Positions 10,163 through 19,351 of a stretch of DNA of 64,000 bases are shown piece by piece. The stretch is taken from positions 62,001 through 126,000 of the IMG/VR virus record IMGVR_UViG_3300021142_000002, one strand, 5' to 3'. The translations under genes and the position numbers were made by a program. Numbering within the stretch: position 1 is the first letter of the stretch; each line of letters starts with the position of its first letter. Under the pieces are notes generated by a model. That model searched no databases. It was not told where the DNA came from and saw nothing but the letters and a program-made list of their open reading frames with translations.

Positions 10163-11488
10163 TCAAACATTTTCATTTGTTTTTAAAGATAATGCTGCTG
10201 CTGCTGAAAACAAATCATTATTGTAGAGTGCTTCAATATCATGATTAAACTTTATAATAGCTTCTGTTTTACTACCAGAGAATGTTAGTATTCCATACAT
10301 TAACTCTATTAGTGTTTTATTCTCATGCATTTTATCCAGTACTTTTTCAATACCTTTATAATCTAGCAATAGCTTTTCTTTTTGTTCTTTAGCTAGAGTA
10401 GTATCCTTTAAAGCATCATTGACTTGTTGTTTTAATTTTAATATTCTTTTATCTAATGGATCATACTCTGGGATATCTGGAGAATGTTTTATTAGCATGA
10501 CTAATATTACAAAAAAACCAATCCCTAGTGTACTCAATCCTGTTGCTACTGCAAAAAATGCAGAGCCTGCAGTAATACCAAATAGTGGACCTACAACTTC
10601 TAGAAAGAAAAAAGTTTTAGGAGATACATATTCTCTAGCGCCTTGAGTTCTATATAGCTTATCAAAGCGAGTAGCTAAATGTCTACCATAACCAAATCTA
10701 GCACAAAATTGATCGGCTAATACTTCCCATGTTCTAGCATCATAAATATCTAAATCTAATTCTCTCTTACTTTCTTCAACGGCAGCATTAAATAATAAGA
10801 CTCTATAAGAAGTTTCATTTAGATTTTGATTAGCCAGTAATTGTTTATCATCAAAAGTAATATCATATTCTTTTTCTAAAGAATGTAGGATAATTACTTT
10901 CTGTTCTACCTTAGTGGCATTGGCTAATCTTTTTACACCTTCATTGAGTAACAGATTAGTCTTTAATATTTTCCCAATAATTACAAAGTAGTAAAACCAG
11001 TGGCCTATTTCATGGAGTAATACAGCAACCACTTCCTTTACAGTATACATACTGCTATTAGATAGAAATAAATTACCTACTTCACAATATGTTTTAATCT
11101 TAGAATAATCACCTGTTACTTTAACAGTTTGTAAATTAATAGTTCCTTCAAAGTATTTCTTTTCATTTAAAATATTTAAAAAGGTTGGATTACGCACCTC
11201 ATAGTTTTCAGAAATGGTGTGATTATTTACTAATGAAGGCATGTATATACCGGCACCCAGTAAGTTAGGTCTATTAAAAAACACAATAGATAGTCCAGTA
11301 TGTTCAGATACTATTTTAGATAATGCTGATTTCTCTAATGTATCTTTTTCTATAATTAGACTATTTCTAACCTTAGTAATTTCTGCTTCTAAATCAGGTC
11401 CTAGAGTAGAGTTAAATTGATGTACAATACTCTCTATGGCATAAAAGTCTTTAATGCTTAGTTTAGGTCTCATAGCTTTTATATCCAA
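10163..11488 (-). CDS. Zincin-like metallopeptidase-domain protein, probably virion-associated
   Basis: HEXXH motif (LLHEIGH), downstream EVLADQF, and a hydrophobic hairpin near the C-terminus. Confidence 0.55.
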   Translation of the reverse strand: MDIKAMRPKLSIKDFYAIESIVHQFNSTLGPDLEAEITKVRNSLIIEKDTLEKSALSKIVSEHTGLSIVFFNRPNLLGAGIYMPSLVNNHTISENYEVRNPTFLNILNEKKYFEGTINLQTVKVTGDYSKIKTYCEVGNLFLSNSSMYTVKEVVAVLLHEIGHWFYYFVIIGKILKTNLLLNEGVKRLANATKVEQKVIILHSLEKEYDITFDDKQLLANQNLNETSYRVLLFNAAVEESKRELDLDIYDARTWEVLADQFCARFGYGRHLATRFDKLYRTQGAREYVSPKTFFFLEVVGPLFGITAGSAFFAVATGLSTLGIGFFVILVMLIKHSPDIPEYDPLDKRILKLKQQVNDALKDTTLAKEQKEKLLLDYKGIEKVLDKMHENKTLIELMYGILTFSGSKTEAIIKFNHDIEALYNNDLFSAAAALSLKTNENV

Positions 11489-11527
11489 AAAAAAATGGTT
11501 GGGTAAGTTCTATAAGATAATAAAGAT

Positions 11528-11555
11528 AAAAAAAAAAGAAGGGCCGAAGCCCCTC
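11528..11555 (-). terminator. Rho-independent terminator
   Basis: GAGGGGC-TTCG-GCCCTTC followed by T10 on the minus strand. Confidence 0.9.
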
Positions 11556-11659
11556 TTAATTATTACATGCCAGAAATAACTTCTGACACGCAGTTAAAAT
11601 AATCAAGCATATTCACCTTTAATTCTTCTGCCGTTTTGGCAGATAGAACATAATTAAGC
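11528..11659 (-). ncRNA. Candidate ~130-nt small RNA (or 15-aa peptide unit)
   Basis: Lies between a promoter-like motif and a UUCG terminator; two internal hairpins; no ORF longer than 15 aa. Confidence 0.3.
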
Positions 11660-11689
11660 AAGGTAATCATACATGAAAATAATTTGAAT
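11660..11689 (-). promoter_or_regulatory. Early-promoter-like motif
   Basis: ATTCAA-ATTATTTTCATG-TATGATTACC; upstream half nearly identical to 54918-54937. Confidence 0.5.
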
Positions 11690-11698
11690 TAACATAAA

Positions 11699-11734
11699 TA
11701 GATAGACTAGGGCTATATAGCCCTAGTCTATCTA
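11699..11734. repeat. 36-bp perfect palindrome
   Basis: TAGATAGACTAGGGCTAT|ATAGCCCTAGTCTATCTA directly after the Nudix stop. Confidence 0.85.
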
Positions 11735-11736
11735 AA

Positions 11737-12336
11737 TTAATGCAATAAATTATTGGCTATTAATACATCCATTAATTCACCTAATAGTTCTAATCTACTT
11801 AGGTTTAATAACTCTTGATAACTCACCCATCTCATCTGTGGATGTTTATGGGGTTCTTTATTAGTTACTTCATTGTCATAATCAGTAACCTTTATTACTA
11901 CAAAGTTAGTATCTGGTTTATAGACTACTGCTTTTCCACTATAGATTAATTCCATTTCTTTAATTACTATTCCTAATTCTTCCCACATCTCTCTAGTAAC
12001 TGCTTGTCTAAAAGTTTCTTCAGCATCTACTTTCCCCGCAGGAAAAACAAACTTATTCATTTTTAAATGTTCTACAATTAAAAACTTTCCATCCTTTTTA
12101 ATCATACAACTAATGACATTCTTACCAATAGCCTGTTCATCTAGATTGATAATCCTTTCATCAATGTCTTCGGTACCATGAGAGTTCTTTTCTTTCTTTT
12201 TAGTACTTTGCCAAAGACCTTCTTTTTTATCAGCATCTAGAAATTCTTTAGCTGTTTTTCTTTCTTCATCGGTAGAGTCTTTATCATGTAATTTATAAAG
12301 CCAGTAATTATGCTGGGCTTGAGATTTTGAAGGCAT
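11737..12336 (-). CDS. Nudix hydrolase with N-terminal extension
   Basis: Nudix box PAGKVDAEETFRQAVTREMWEELGI; ~55-aa charged N-terminal extension ending HGTED. Confidence 0.9.
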   Translation of the reverse strand: MPSKSQAQHNYWLYKLHDKDSTDEERKTAKEFLDADKKEGLWQSTKKKEKNSHGTEDIDERIINLDEQAIGKNVISCMIKKDGKFLIVEHLKMNKFVFPAGKVDAEETFRQAVTREMWEELGIVIKEMELIYSGKAVVYKPDTNFVVIKVTDYDNEVTNKEPHKHPQMRWVSYQELLNLSRLELLGELMDVLIANNLLH

Positions 12337-12383
12337 TTATAATACTCCTGAAAAGGGTTTTTAACTATATGATAAATAAAGGC

Positions 12384-12416
12384 AAAAAAAAAAGAGGATA
12401 ACATTAAGTTATCCTC
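12384..12416 (-). terminator. Rho-independent terminator
   Basis: GAGGATAAC/GTTATCCTC stem with an adjacent T10 on the minus strand. Confidence 0.8.
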
Positions 12417-12452
12417 CCTGACTACAATGAGTCAAGATTCCCCAGGAGATCC

Positions 12453-12626
12453 CTAGGATGTTTCACCATCTCCTTCAGTAGGAGATTCAGTGCCATCCGA
12501 GGATGAAGACTGGTTGTCAGCAGATGCTACTGGAGCATCTGCAATAATGTACTGAATAAAGGCATTGGCCGCGCCAGCGACCATGGCAGCTGCACCTGCA
12601 GCTACCATAATTGTTCTATAATTCAT
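12453..12626 (-). CDS. Small membrane/secreted protein (57 aa, not in ORF track)
   Basis: Manual translation MNYRTIMVAAGAAAMVAGAANAFIQYIIADAPVASADNQSSSSDGTESPTEGDGETS; GGAG RBS. Confidence 0.6.
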   Translation of the reverse strand: MNYRTIMVAAGAAAMVAGAANAFIQYIIADAPVASADNQSSSSDGTESPTEGDGETS

Positions 12627-12629
12627 TAT

Positions 12630-12734
12630 TTATTCTCCGGGCTGGTTTTGTGGTTTAGTTATTACTTCAATTATGGTGGTTAGGATAACCATATAGATGG
12701 TTAATCTCCCTACCACTTTAAAGAACTCAAACAT
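12630..12734 (-). CDS. Small membrane peptide (34 aa, not in ORF track)
   Basis: MFEFFKVVGRLTIYMVILTTIIEVITKPQNQPGE; strong AAGGAGG RBS. Confidence 0.65.
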   Translation of the reverse strand: MFEFFKVVGRLTIYMVILTTIIEVITKPQNQPGE

Positions 12735-12774
12735 GATATCCTCCTTATTAGGTTATACATGTAAATCCATTAAA

Positions 12775-12804
12775 ATAATATATATATATGAAAAAAATTT
12801 GAAT
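12775..12804 (-). promoter_or_regulatory. Early-promoter-like motif
   Basis: ATTCAA-N14-TATATATTAT upstream of the two small ORFs. Confidence 0.55.
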
Positions 12805-12863
12805 CCATTATTTATTATCTAAATTCAATATCTTTTGTCTAAACCTTTCAGGGACTCTATATA

Positions 12864-14543
12864 ATGAATGAAAATAAATCTAGTATTAAAAGGGAATTTG
12901 TATTTGGTACTTACTGCCCTAATAGAGTAGATAGAAATAAAGATGCTGTTTTTGTTAAAGAGATTTTACATAAAGATGGTATGATAAAAAGAAACTTAAG
13001 GATGATAGAAAACTATCAAAGACCTTTTTATATTACTAAACCAAATTACAGAGATCATCAGCAAAAGAAAGAATTTGAACATTTAGCTAAATTAGATACT
13101 TACTATACGAATCAAGCTAATTTATCTAAAAGTATCTTTAAAGTACTCAACGGCTATAGACCTAATAATTATATTTCTATTCAGGATATGAATGAATCAC
13201 CTTATGTCTATGGCACTGATGTAGCTACACCAGTACTGATAGCTAATGATTATAAAACTAAATATCCAGATTTATTAACACCTTCAACACTGGCTGTGCT
13301 GGACTATGAAACTGATGTAGTCATGGGAAAAGAATATATCATTTCTGGTGTATTAGCTATGAAAGATAAACTACATATTGCTGTATCTAAAGAGTTTTTA
13401 GGTTACTTAGCTAAAGATGCTAAAGAACTGATTAAGCAAGCTTTAAATAAGTATCTATCTGAGTACATGGAAAAAAATAAGATAGAGCCTATTATTACTA
13501 TAGTGGATAAGCCCTCTGACGTAGTATTAGCTTTAATTAAATCAGCTCATACTTGGCAACCTGACTTTGTAGCTTGCTGGAATATTAAGTTTGATATGAA
13601 TAAAATGCTAGAAGCTTTAGCGATGGATGATATAGACCCTGCTTTTGCTTTTAGTGATCCATCAGTACCTCCTGAATATAGATTTTTTAGATGGCGAGAA
13701 GATAAGGATAAAAAATCAACAGCCAGTGGTAAAGTAACCCCTAAACATATAGCTGATAAATGGCATACAGCAACCTGCCCTGCTAGTTTTTATTTTATTT
13801 GCTTAATGGCAGTCCATAGAACAGTAAGGGCCAGAGATCCTTATAGATCTAGTTATAAATTAGATGCTGTATTAAAAGACTTTGGTGTGGGTGGGAAATT
13901 AAAGTTTGAAAATCTACAAGAAGGTTTAACAGAGTTAGATTGGCATAAGGAAATGCAAAGGATGTATAAGATAGAATACATGGTCTATATGGCATGGGAT
14001 GGTGGGTCAGCGATAGAGCTAGATCAAAAAACTAAGGATGCTAGTAACTCTGTTAGAGGAATGATTGGATTATCTGAATTAAGTAATATGAAAAGTAATC
14101 CAAAAAGACTATCAGATGACATGTACTTTGAACTATTAAAAGAAGATAAAGTATTAACGGGTACTAGCAACTGTATGCGTGATGAACTCGATGCTCTTAC
14201 ACCATCCCTTGTAAATTGGATAATAACTTTACCTTCTGAGTTAGAACATCACATGGGTAGAGCATTAATCAATGAATATCCAAAGATGCATACTAACATT
14301 ACTACCCATGCCTTTGACATTGACGTAGTATCGGCCTATCCTAAAACAGAAATAGCTTTAAATGTTTCTAAAACGACTAGAGCATTAGAATTATGTAAGA
14401 TTAGCGGATTAAGTGATAAACAGCAAAAGTCATTGGGCATTAATATGACTAATGTTAAAGTCAATGCCTTATCATTAGCTGAAAAAGCTTATAAGTTTCC
14501 TGATGTAGATGTTTTACTACAAGCTTTTATAAATCAAATGTAA
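12864..14543 (+). CDS. Split family-B DNA polymerase, exonuclease-containing subunit (phiKZ gp82-like)
   Basis: ExoI LDYETD, ExoII WNIKFD, ExoIII YMAWD, and motif A-like FDIDVVSAYP. Confidence 0.8.
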   Translation: MNENKSSIKREFVFGTYCPNRVDRNKDAVFVKEILHKDGMIKRNLRMIENYQRPFYITKPNYRDHQQKKEFEHLAKLDTYYTNQANLSKSIFKVLNGYRPNNYISIQDMNESPYVYGTDVATPVLIANDYKTKYPDLLTPSTLAVLDYETDVVMGKEYIISGVLAMKDKLHIAVSKEFLGYLAKDAKELIKQALNKYLSEYMEKNKIEPIITIVDKPSDVVLALIKSAHTWQPDFVACWNIKFDMNKMLEALAMDDIDPAFAFSDPSVPPEYRFFRWREDKDKKSTASGKVTPKHIADKWHTATCPASFYFICLMAVHRTVRARDPYRSSYKLDAVLKDFGVGGKLKFENLQEGLTELDWHKEMQRMYKIEYMVYMAWDGGSAIELDQKTKDASNSVRGMIGLSELSNMKSNPKRLSDDMYFELLKEDKVLTGTSNCMRDELDALTPSLVNWIITLPSELEHHMGRALINEYPKMHTNITTHAFDIDVVSAYPKTEIALNVSKTTRALELCKISGLSDKQQKSLGINMTNVKVNALSLAEKAYKFPDVDVLLQAFINQM

Positions 14544-14559
14544 AAAAAAAGACATAGTA

Positions 14560-14592
14560 TTCCATACAGTAGCATTATGTTACTGTATGGAA
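14560..14592. terminator. Hairpin terminator between convergent genes
   Basis: TTCCATACAGTA...TACTGTATGGAA inverted repeat; A-tract on the left. Confidence 0.65.
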
Positions 14593-14604
14593 ATATGTTT
14601 ATTC

Positions 14605-15087
14605 TTATTCTTCTTTTTTAAACAAAGGGTCTAGTAACTCTACACAAGCTATTTGTAGAATTTCTTCAGTTGCTTCATAAGCATCCACTAATGATATCCT
14701 AGATAGAATGATATTGGCTATTAAGCTAAAGCATTCTCTAACACATTCAAACCATTCTTTATTAATACCGTTTAAACTGTACATATAAGCTACTACACCC
14801 TCTTTGTTAAAGAGATATTGTATTAGCCCTACCATTACATCGGTATTCATTTTATTGTCTTTAACAGCATTGTAGAGGTTTGTAATGTAATTAGTAATTA
14901 GATCATCACTAAAGCATTTATCAATAACTGTAGAGTTTTCTTTAGTTAATTGCAATAGTCTTTGAAATAACTCTTTTAAGTTAGTTTCTTCAATAGGCAT
15001 TCTGCAATTATAATCAGCTTTACTATTGGTATAGAAGACTGAAACAACGTAGTTTATTTTGTCAATTGCTAGTTCATTTAGTTTCAT
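14605..15087 (-). CDS. Hypothetical protein
   Basis: 160-aa ORF overlapping the upstream ORF by 4 nt. Confidence 0.6.
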   Translation of the reverse strand: MKLNELAIDKINYVVSVFYTNSKADYNCRMPIEETNLKELFQRLLQLTKENSTVIDKCFSDDLITNYITNLYNAVKDNKMNTDVMVGLIQYLFNKEGVVAYMYSLNGINKEWFECVRECFSLIANIILSRISLVDAYEATEEILQIACVELLDPLFKKEE

Positions 15088-15338
15088 AACTCATTAATTC
15101 CTGATAGTCTTCTAATGTTAATGTTGTTATTGAAAAGCATTTCTACTTCTTCATTGCTCGTACATCTATACCAATATAAATCATTCATTCCGGCATCACC
15201 GGTTACCGGATCATGCGTTATTCTTAAACCTTCCCACAAGACATGAGCTGTTGTACCATAGTCAGCTTTATCTTTTTCCCACTGTAATTTGTTCATATTT
15301 CCTCTAAATAAATAGTCATGTCTATGAAAGACATCCAT
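15084..15338 (-). CDS. Hypothetical protein
   Basis: 84-aa ORF. Confidence 0.5.
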   Translation of the reverse strand: MDVFHRHDYLFRGNMNKLQWEKDKADYGTTAHVLWEGLRITHDPVTGDAGMNDLYWYRCTSNEEVEMLFNNNINIRRLSGINEL

Positions 15339-15404
15339 TGGATAATGTAGTTATCAACATTTTTTGAATCTGTCCATACTATTTAAGTAATTAGGTACAA
15401 AAAA

Positions 15405-15840
15405 AAACTGAACATAAGTAGTACTACACTACCCAAACGAGTAGTGTAGTACTGATAGGCTAAGTGCTGATCACCGACGCCGCTGAGCCACTAATAATTA
15501 CATAGGTTATGAACCCCAGCTACTTTACTATAAAAGCGCTGGTGAATATATTGATTGCTGTTCGACATCAATGATTGAGGTTAATTTCATCGCCGAAATA
15601 TTTTGTTTAATGTCTCGTACTAGGAGAAAGAAATACTAACATTAAAACAAAGAATCAATATACTCATTTTTACTGGAGATTTCCACTATGGGTTAGACCG
15701 TAAACCATACAAAACGGAACATCATAATCTACTTTCTCAACAAACCATTTTCGCCAAATGTTCGCCAATAAAATGGTAGGCTAACTAAGAATGTTTCACT
15801 GGGATTCATATCCCATGCAACTACTAGTAGGTACTGCAAT
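15405..15840 (-). ncRNA. Candidate ~435-nt structured non-coding RNA
   Basis: Bounded by a consensus promoter (15842) and a hairpin plus T-tract (15405-15453); no ORF with an RBS; several helices. Confidence 0.4.
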
Positions 15841-15841
15841 A

Positions 15842-15871
15842 AGATAATGTATATTTCAAATTATCTTGAAT
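15842..15871 (-). promoter_or_regulatory. Early promoter (consensus)
   Basis: ATTCAA-N14-TACATTATCT. Confidence 0.65.
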
Positions 15872-15888
15872 TCACTCAAATAATAAAC

Positions 15889-16512
15889 TTACTGAATATT
15901 AAAAAATTTCTTTACTCGATTTAAAATAATTTCTGAAGTAGAAGAGACTAATGTACCTCTAATAGTTTCCCAGCTAATACTCTTAGCAGTAGCAAACCGA
16001 GACCCTTCATGTGCACAATCAACAAAGATCTTTACTAAAGAGAAAAACTCTCTTTGTTGTTCATTAGTGAGCATAGGCATTTTATCAACCGATGCAAACA
16101 TGTTTTCTGTCGTAAAGTGAGTGTTGAAGTTAGCATTAATGTATTTCAATAAATTTTGCATAAACTCAATAGCTTCTTCTTCTGAACCTTTAGATAAGAT
16201 TCTAGAGATACAGTTATAGAAAGTAGTTTGAGCTGCACCTACATCAGCAGGTGATCCTTGAGTAATACCTCTAAGCAGTGCAAAGGCTGATTCAAGGCGA
16301 GATGAGTTTAGAGCATCATTAGGGCACATATCTTTACCCAAAGTAGCAGGATGCACTGCATCTTCTACAACAGGGGCTACTTCTTTAGCGAGTGTATCAA
16401 AGACATTAACTACAGGTTCAGGTTGAGCAGGTACATTAGTTTCTGGCATAGCAGGGGCTATATCAGCAACCGCTGTAGTTTGTTCAGTAATAGTTTCTGT
16501 ACTATCGGACAT
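15889..16512 (-). CDS. Hypothetical protein
   Basis: 207-aa ORF; GAGG RBS; disordered N-terminus then a helical domain. Confidence 0.7.
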   Translation of the reverse strand: MSDSTETITEQTTAVADIAPAMPETNVPAQPEPVVNVFDTLAKEVAPVVEDAVHPATLGKDMCPNDALNSSRLESAFALLRGITQGSPADVGAAQTTFYNCISRILSKGSEEEAIEFMQNLLKYINANFNTHFTTENMFASVDKMPMLTNEQQREFFSLVKIFVDCAHEGSRFATAKSISWETIRGTLVSSTSEIILNRVKKFFNIQ

Positions 16513-16572
16513 GGGATTTTCCTCTTAATAGGATATTAAAGTGATAGAGTAAATTCTCTATATGATAAATAT

Positions 16573-17085
16573 TTATTTTGGTTTAATAGTGTAAAGTTTT
16601 AATTTCATAATTAATACATCGAGTACATTATGAAATTCTTGAATACCTCTGTTATTGTTAATAACAATATTGCAATCTGCCTGAGTAATGGTCATAGACT
16701 CTACATCTTCAGGTGGTAATCTTTCAGAAGCATCTACCCAGATAACTGTATCGACTAAACCAATCTTACGCATTTCTTTGAGCTCTTCAATGTTTCTTAA
16801 GCCACAGTAGATATTAGATTGACTAAAGATCAATTTACCCATTTTAGCTTTATCTTCTTCGTTATAGTCACAGATTAAATCATACCATTCTTTTCGATGA
16901 TTAACTCTATCGTTATAACACTCTTCTAAAGTCTGATAACCATATAACTCTTTTAGTTTAGGAAAGATATATTCTTCTGCTACTGCAAAACTAGAATTAG
17001 TAAATGTTAATCCAGTCTGTTCTTTAATATAGTCACAAGCAGTATCCTTGCCATGTCGTTTATGACCGGTTATAATTATATTCAT
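16573..17085 (-). CDS. Deoxynucleoside monophosphate kinase-like P-loop protein
   Basis: N-terminal ITGHKRHGKDT P-loop; GLRNIEE segment. Confidence 0.7.
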   Translation of the reverse strand: MNIIITGHKRHGKDTACDYIKEQTGLTFTNSSFAVAEEYIFPKLKELYGYQTLEECYNDRVNHRKEWYDLICDYNEEDKAKMGKLIFSQSNIYCGLRNIEELKEMRKIGLVDTVIWVDASERLPPEDVESMTITQADCNIVINNNRGIQEFHNVLDVLIMKLKLYTIKPK

Positions 17086-17141
17086 AATTTAAATGTCTCT
17101 TAATTTAAACAAATAATATTATAATTACTTTATTTAATATT

Positions 17142-18419
17142 TTAGGTTAATCTATCAAGATAGTTATAACGATGGGTTGTTAAAGCTTGTGTATGAACTA
17201 GTGCTAAGAAGATAGAGGTAAAGGTAGAAGTAATAGAGGTCATCTGAGCATTGATACCAACTTCAGACGTTGATACAATATCGCCCATACATTTTTTACA
17301 AAAAGAGGTATGCTGAGTAATGCAGTAAGTAGGTGATCTAATGATAACATGTTTGCCAATATAATGCTTTAATTCACCTGGCTTAATAGGCTCTTCTTTA
17401 CCCAATAGGTATCTGCCGATATAGTTATCATAATTATCTGATTTAATAACTATAATCAAGCCTCTAGGCGTGTGGCAATCTTCATTATTAATATTATAAT
17501 TTTGAAAGATACGTCCAGTAATCTTTACTTCTACACCTGCTAAAGCGGTTGATTGACCTCTATTAAATGATCCACCTCGAATCATATTAGCAATAGCAGG
17601 TATCTCTTTAATACCCCAGCCTTCAGATAAAGAATTAGTCATGACTGATATCTTAGACTCATCAATAAAGTCTTGTTCAGCTCCAACCATAGCGTGCGTT
17701 CTTAAACGACTATTTAATGTTTTAGGTGAAATATAAAACCGCTCAGATGGATCACCTTTTAAATACTGTTTATCTAAATCCATTAACTGATTTTGAATAT
17801 CAGATACAACAGATGGGTCATGTAATTCATCTTTATGTTTTTCTAATAATTCTTTTTTTAGTTTTTCAGCTTCAGGGTTTAGAGTCAATGTTTTACGCGT
17901 AGCACAAGGTACCGATACCATAGATAAAACAGTAATCATACAGACGGCGTTTTCAAAACGATGATGCATAGCTGTCGTACATTCATCCTTTTGCAACACA
18001 TCATACGCTATTTTGTTTAATATCTTAGGTGTCATTTCATCATTAAAATAAGGCACTAATCCCTGATAAGGATACTCTATTAATAGAGCATTCATTAATA
18101 GTCTTCCATAGATAGTTTCTATATCTTCCTTAATACACTTTAAGGTATGAGCTTTTATTTGTATTTTTTCATAGCGATCATATAAAGGTTTATCGAACTC
18201 ATAATCAGTAATGATTTCTTTTTTGCCATTATCTAAATGCACAGTTAGATGATGTCCGTCCGTTACTATACCTGTTTCATGGGATATTTTATCATCATGA
18301 TTTTTCTCAGGTAAAATACCAAAACAAGACAGTAACCAAGCTCTTTCTAAATACCTTTCTGTTTTTAATGAATAAATCATGTATTCTAATTTAGTCATTT
18401 TTATTCTCCCTATAAGCAT
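17142..18419 (-). CDS. rpoC: Virion RNA polymerase beta' subunit, C-terminal part (phiKZ gp80-like; likely start 18398)
   Basis: EDCHTPRG...IRSPTYC...FCKKCMG zinc motif of beta'; LSEGW and RGQSTA segments. Confidence 0.8.
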   Translation of the reverse strand: MLIGRIKMTKLEYMIYSLKTERYLERAWLLSCFGILPEKNHDDKISHETGIVTDGHHLTVHLDNGKKEIITDYEFDKPLYDRYEKIQIKAHTLKCIKEDIETIYGRLLMNALLIEYPYQGLVPYFNDEMTPKILNKIAYDVLQKDECTTAMHHRFENAVCMITVLSMVSVPCATRKTLTLNPEAEKLKKELLEKHKDELHDPSVVSDIQNQLMDLDKQYLKGDPSERFYISPKTLNSRLRTHAMVGAEQDFIDESKISVMTNSLSEGWGIKEIPAIANMIRGGSFNRGQSTALAGVEVKITGRIFQNYNINNEDCHTPRGLIIVIKSDNYDNYIGRYLLGKEEPIKPGELKHYIGKHVIIRSPTYCITQHTSFCKKCMGDIVSTSEVGINAQMTSITSTFTSIFLALVHTQALTTHRYNYLDRLT

Positions 18420-19245
18420 CTATCAAACCAGTTACTCTGATGATATCAGCTAGATTATCTAGTATATGTTCAGTGACTTCACTCATGGTAATATACAGAA
18501 CATTGTTAGGCGTAGAGCTACCTAATACCATTAGAATAATTTCATTAGCAATTAACTGCAGACTTTCAATAGTTGATTTACCTGTTAATTCTTCTTCTCT
18601 AATATCAGAAATAATTTCTGCATGCGCAACTAAGAAACTATCTAGATTATAGCCAAAATGATTAATAGCTTTAATAGTATCTACAACCACACCTTTCATA
18701 GGCAGATTACTATTTTTAAAGCGAGCTTCAGCCATTGCTTGAGTTTCTTTAATAATAGGCATAATAGGTTTATCTTCAGTTAAGTACTGAATGACTTCAG
18801 GTATGACTCGCTCTACATGTAATAGACTATCAGTAATTGATAAATCTGATAAAACAGATAAGATATGAGCAAACTGTATTTCCTCTGAATTATTTAAATC
18901 TATTGTAGTACTTGCAAATAATTCATGGGGTGGCTGAGTGGCTAGTAATACGACTACACCGAGTATCTTTACTAATGGAAATAGTTTATCTGCAAATGGA
19001 TTGGTTAAAAATATTCCTTGCATGGATAAAACTGTATTTAAATGTTCTCTATAAATACTATCAATCATATTAGTAATATCTTTACTGGTTAGATCCCCTG
19101 TATCTTCAAAAACAAAATCTACATCATCTTGATGAGCTTCATAATTTAAAGCTGCAAAACTATTCTCTATAGAAGTATACATCTCTATAACTTCTTCAGG
19201 ATAAATACCCACAAAATGATTAAAGTAATTTGGCAAAGTAGCCAT
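18391..19245 (-). CDS. Hypothetical protein (conserved phiKZ-like position)
   Basis: 284-aa ORF coupled to the vRNAP gene. Confidence 0.65.
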   Translation of the reverse strand: MATLPNYFNHFVGIYPEEVIEMYTSIENSFAALNYEAHQDDVDFVFEDTGDLTSKDITNMIDSIYREHLNTVLSMQGIFLTNPFADKLFPLVKILGVVVLLATQPPHELFASTTIDLNNSEEIQFAHILSVLSDLSITDSLLHVERVIPEVIQYLTEDKPIMPIIKETQAMAEARFKNSNLPMKGVVVDTIKAINHFGYNLDSFLVAHAEIISDIREEELTGKSTIESLQLIANEIILMVLGSSTPNNVLYITMSEVTEHILDNLADIIRVTGLIDAYRENKND

Positions 19246-19351
19246 TCTAATACCTCTACAAATTAGATATAAATAAATAGCTAATATATATTAGCTGTAC
19301 CATACGATAAACTCGTATACTTACTATAACATTTTTAGTTGGAATATAATA

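Noticed and set aside
15405-15840. tmRNA or tRNA identity for the candidate ncRNA
   Set aside because: No tRNA-like acceptor/T-arm or CCA end; the short ORF ending SPALL* lacks a convincing tag context
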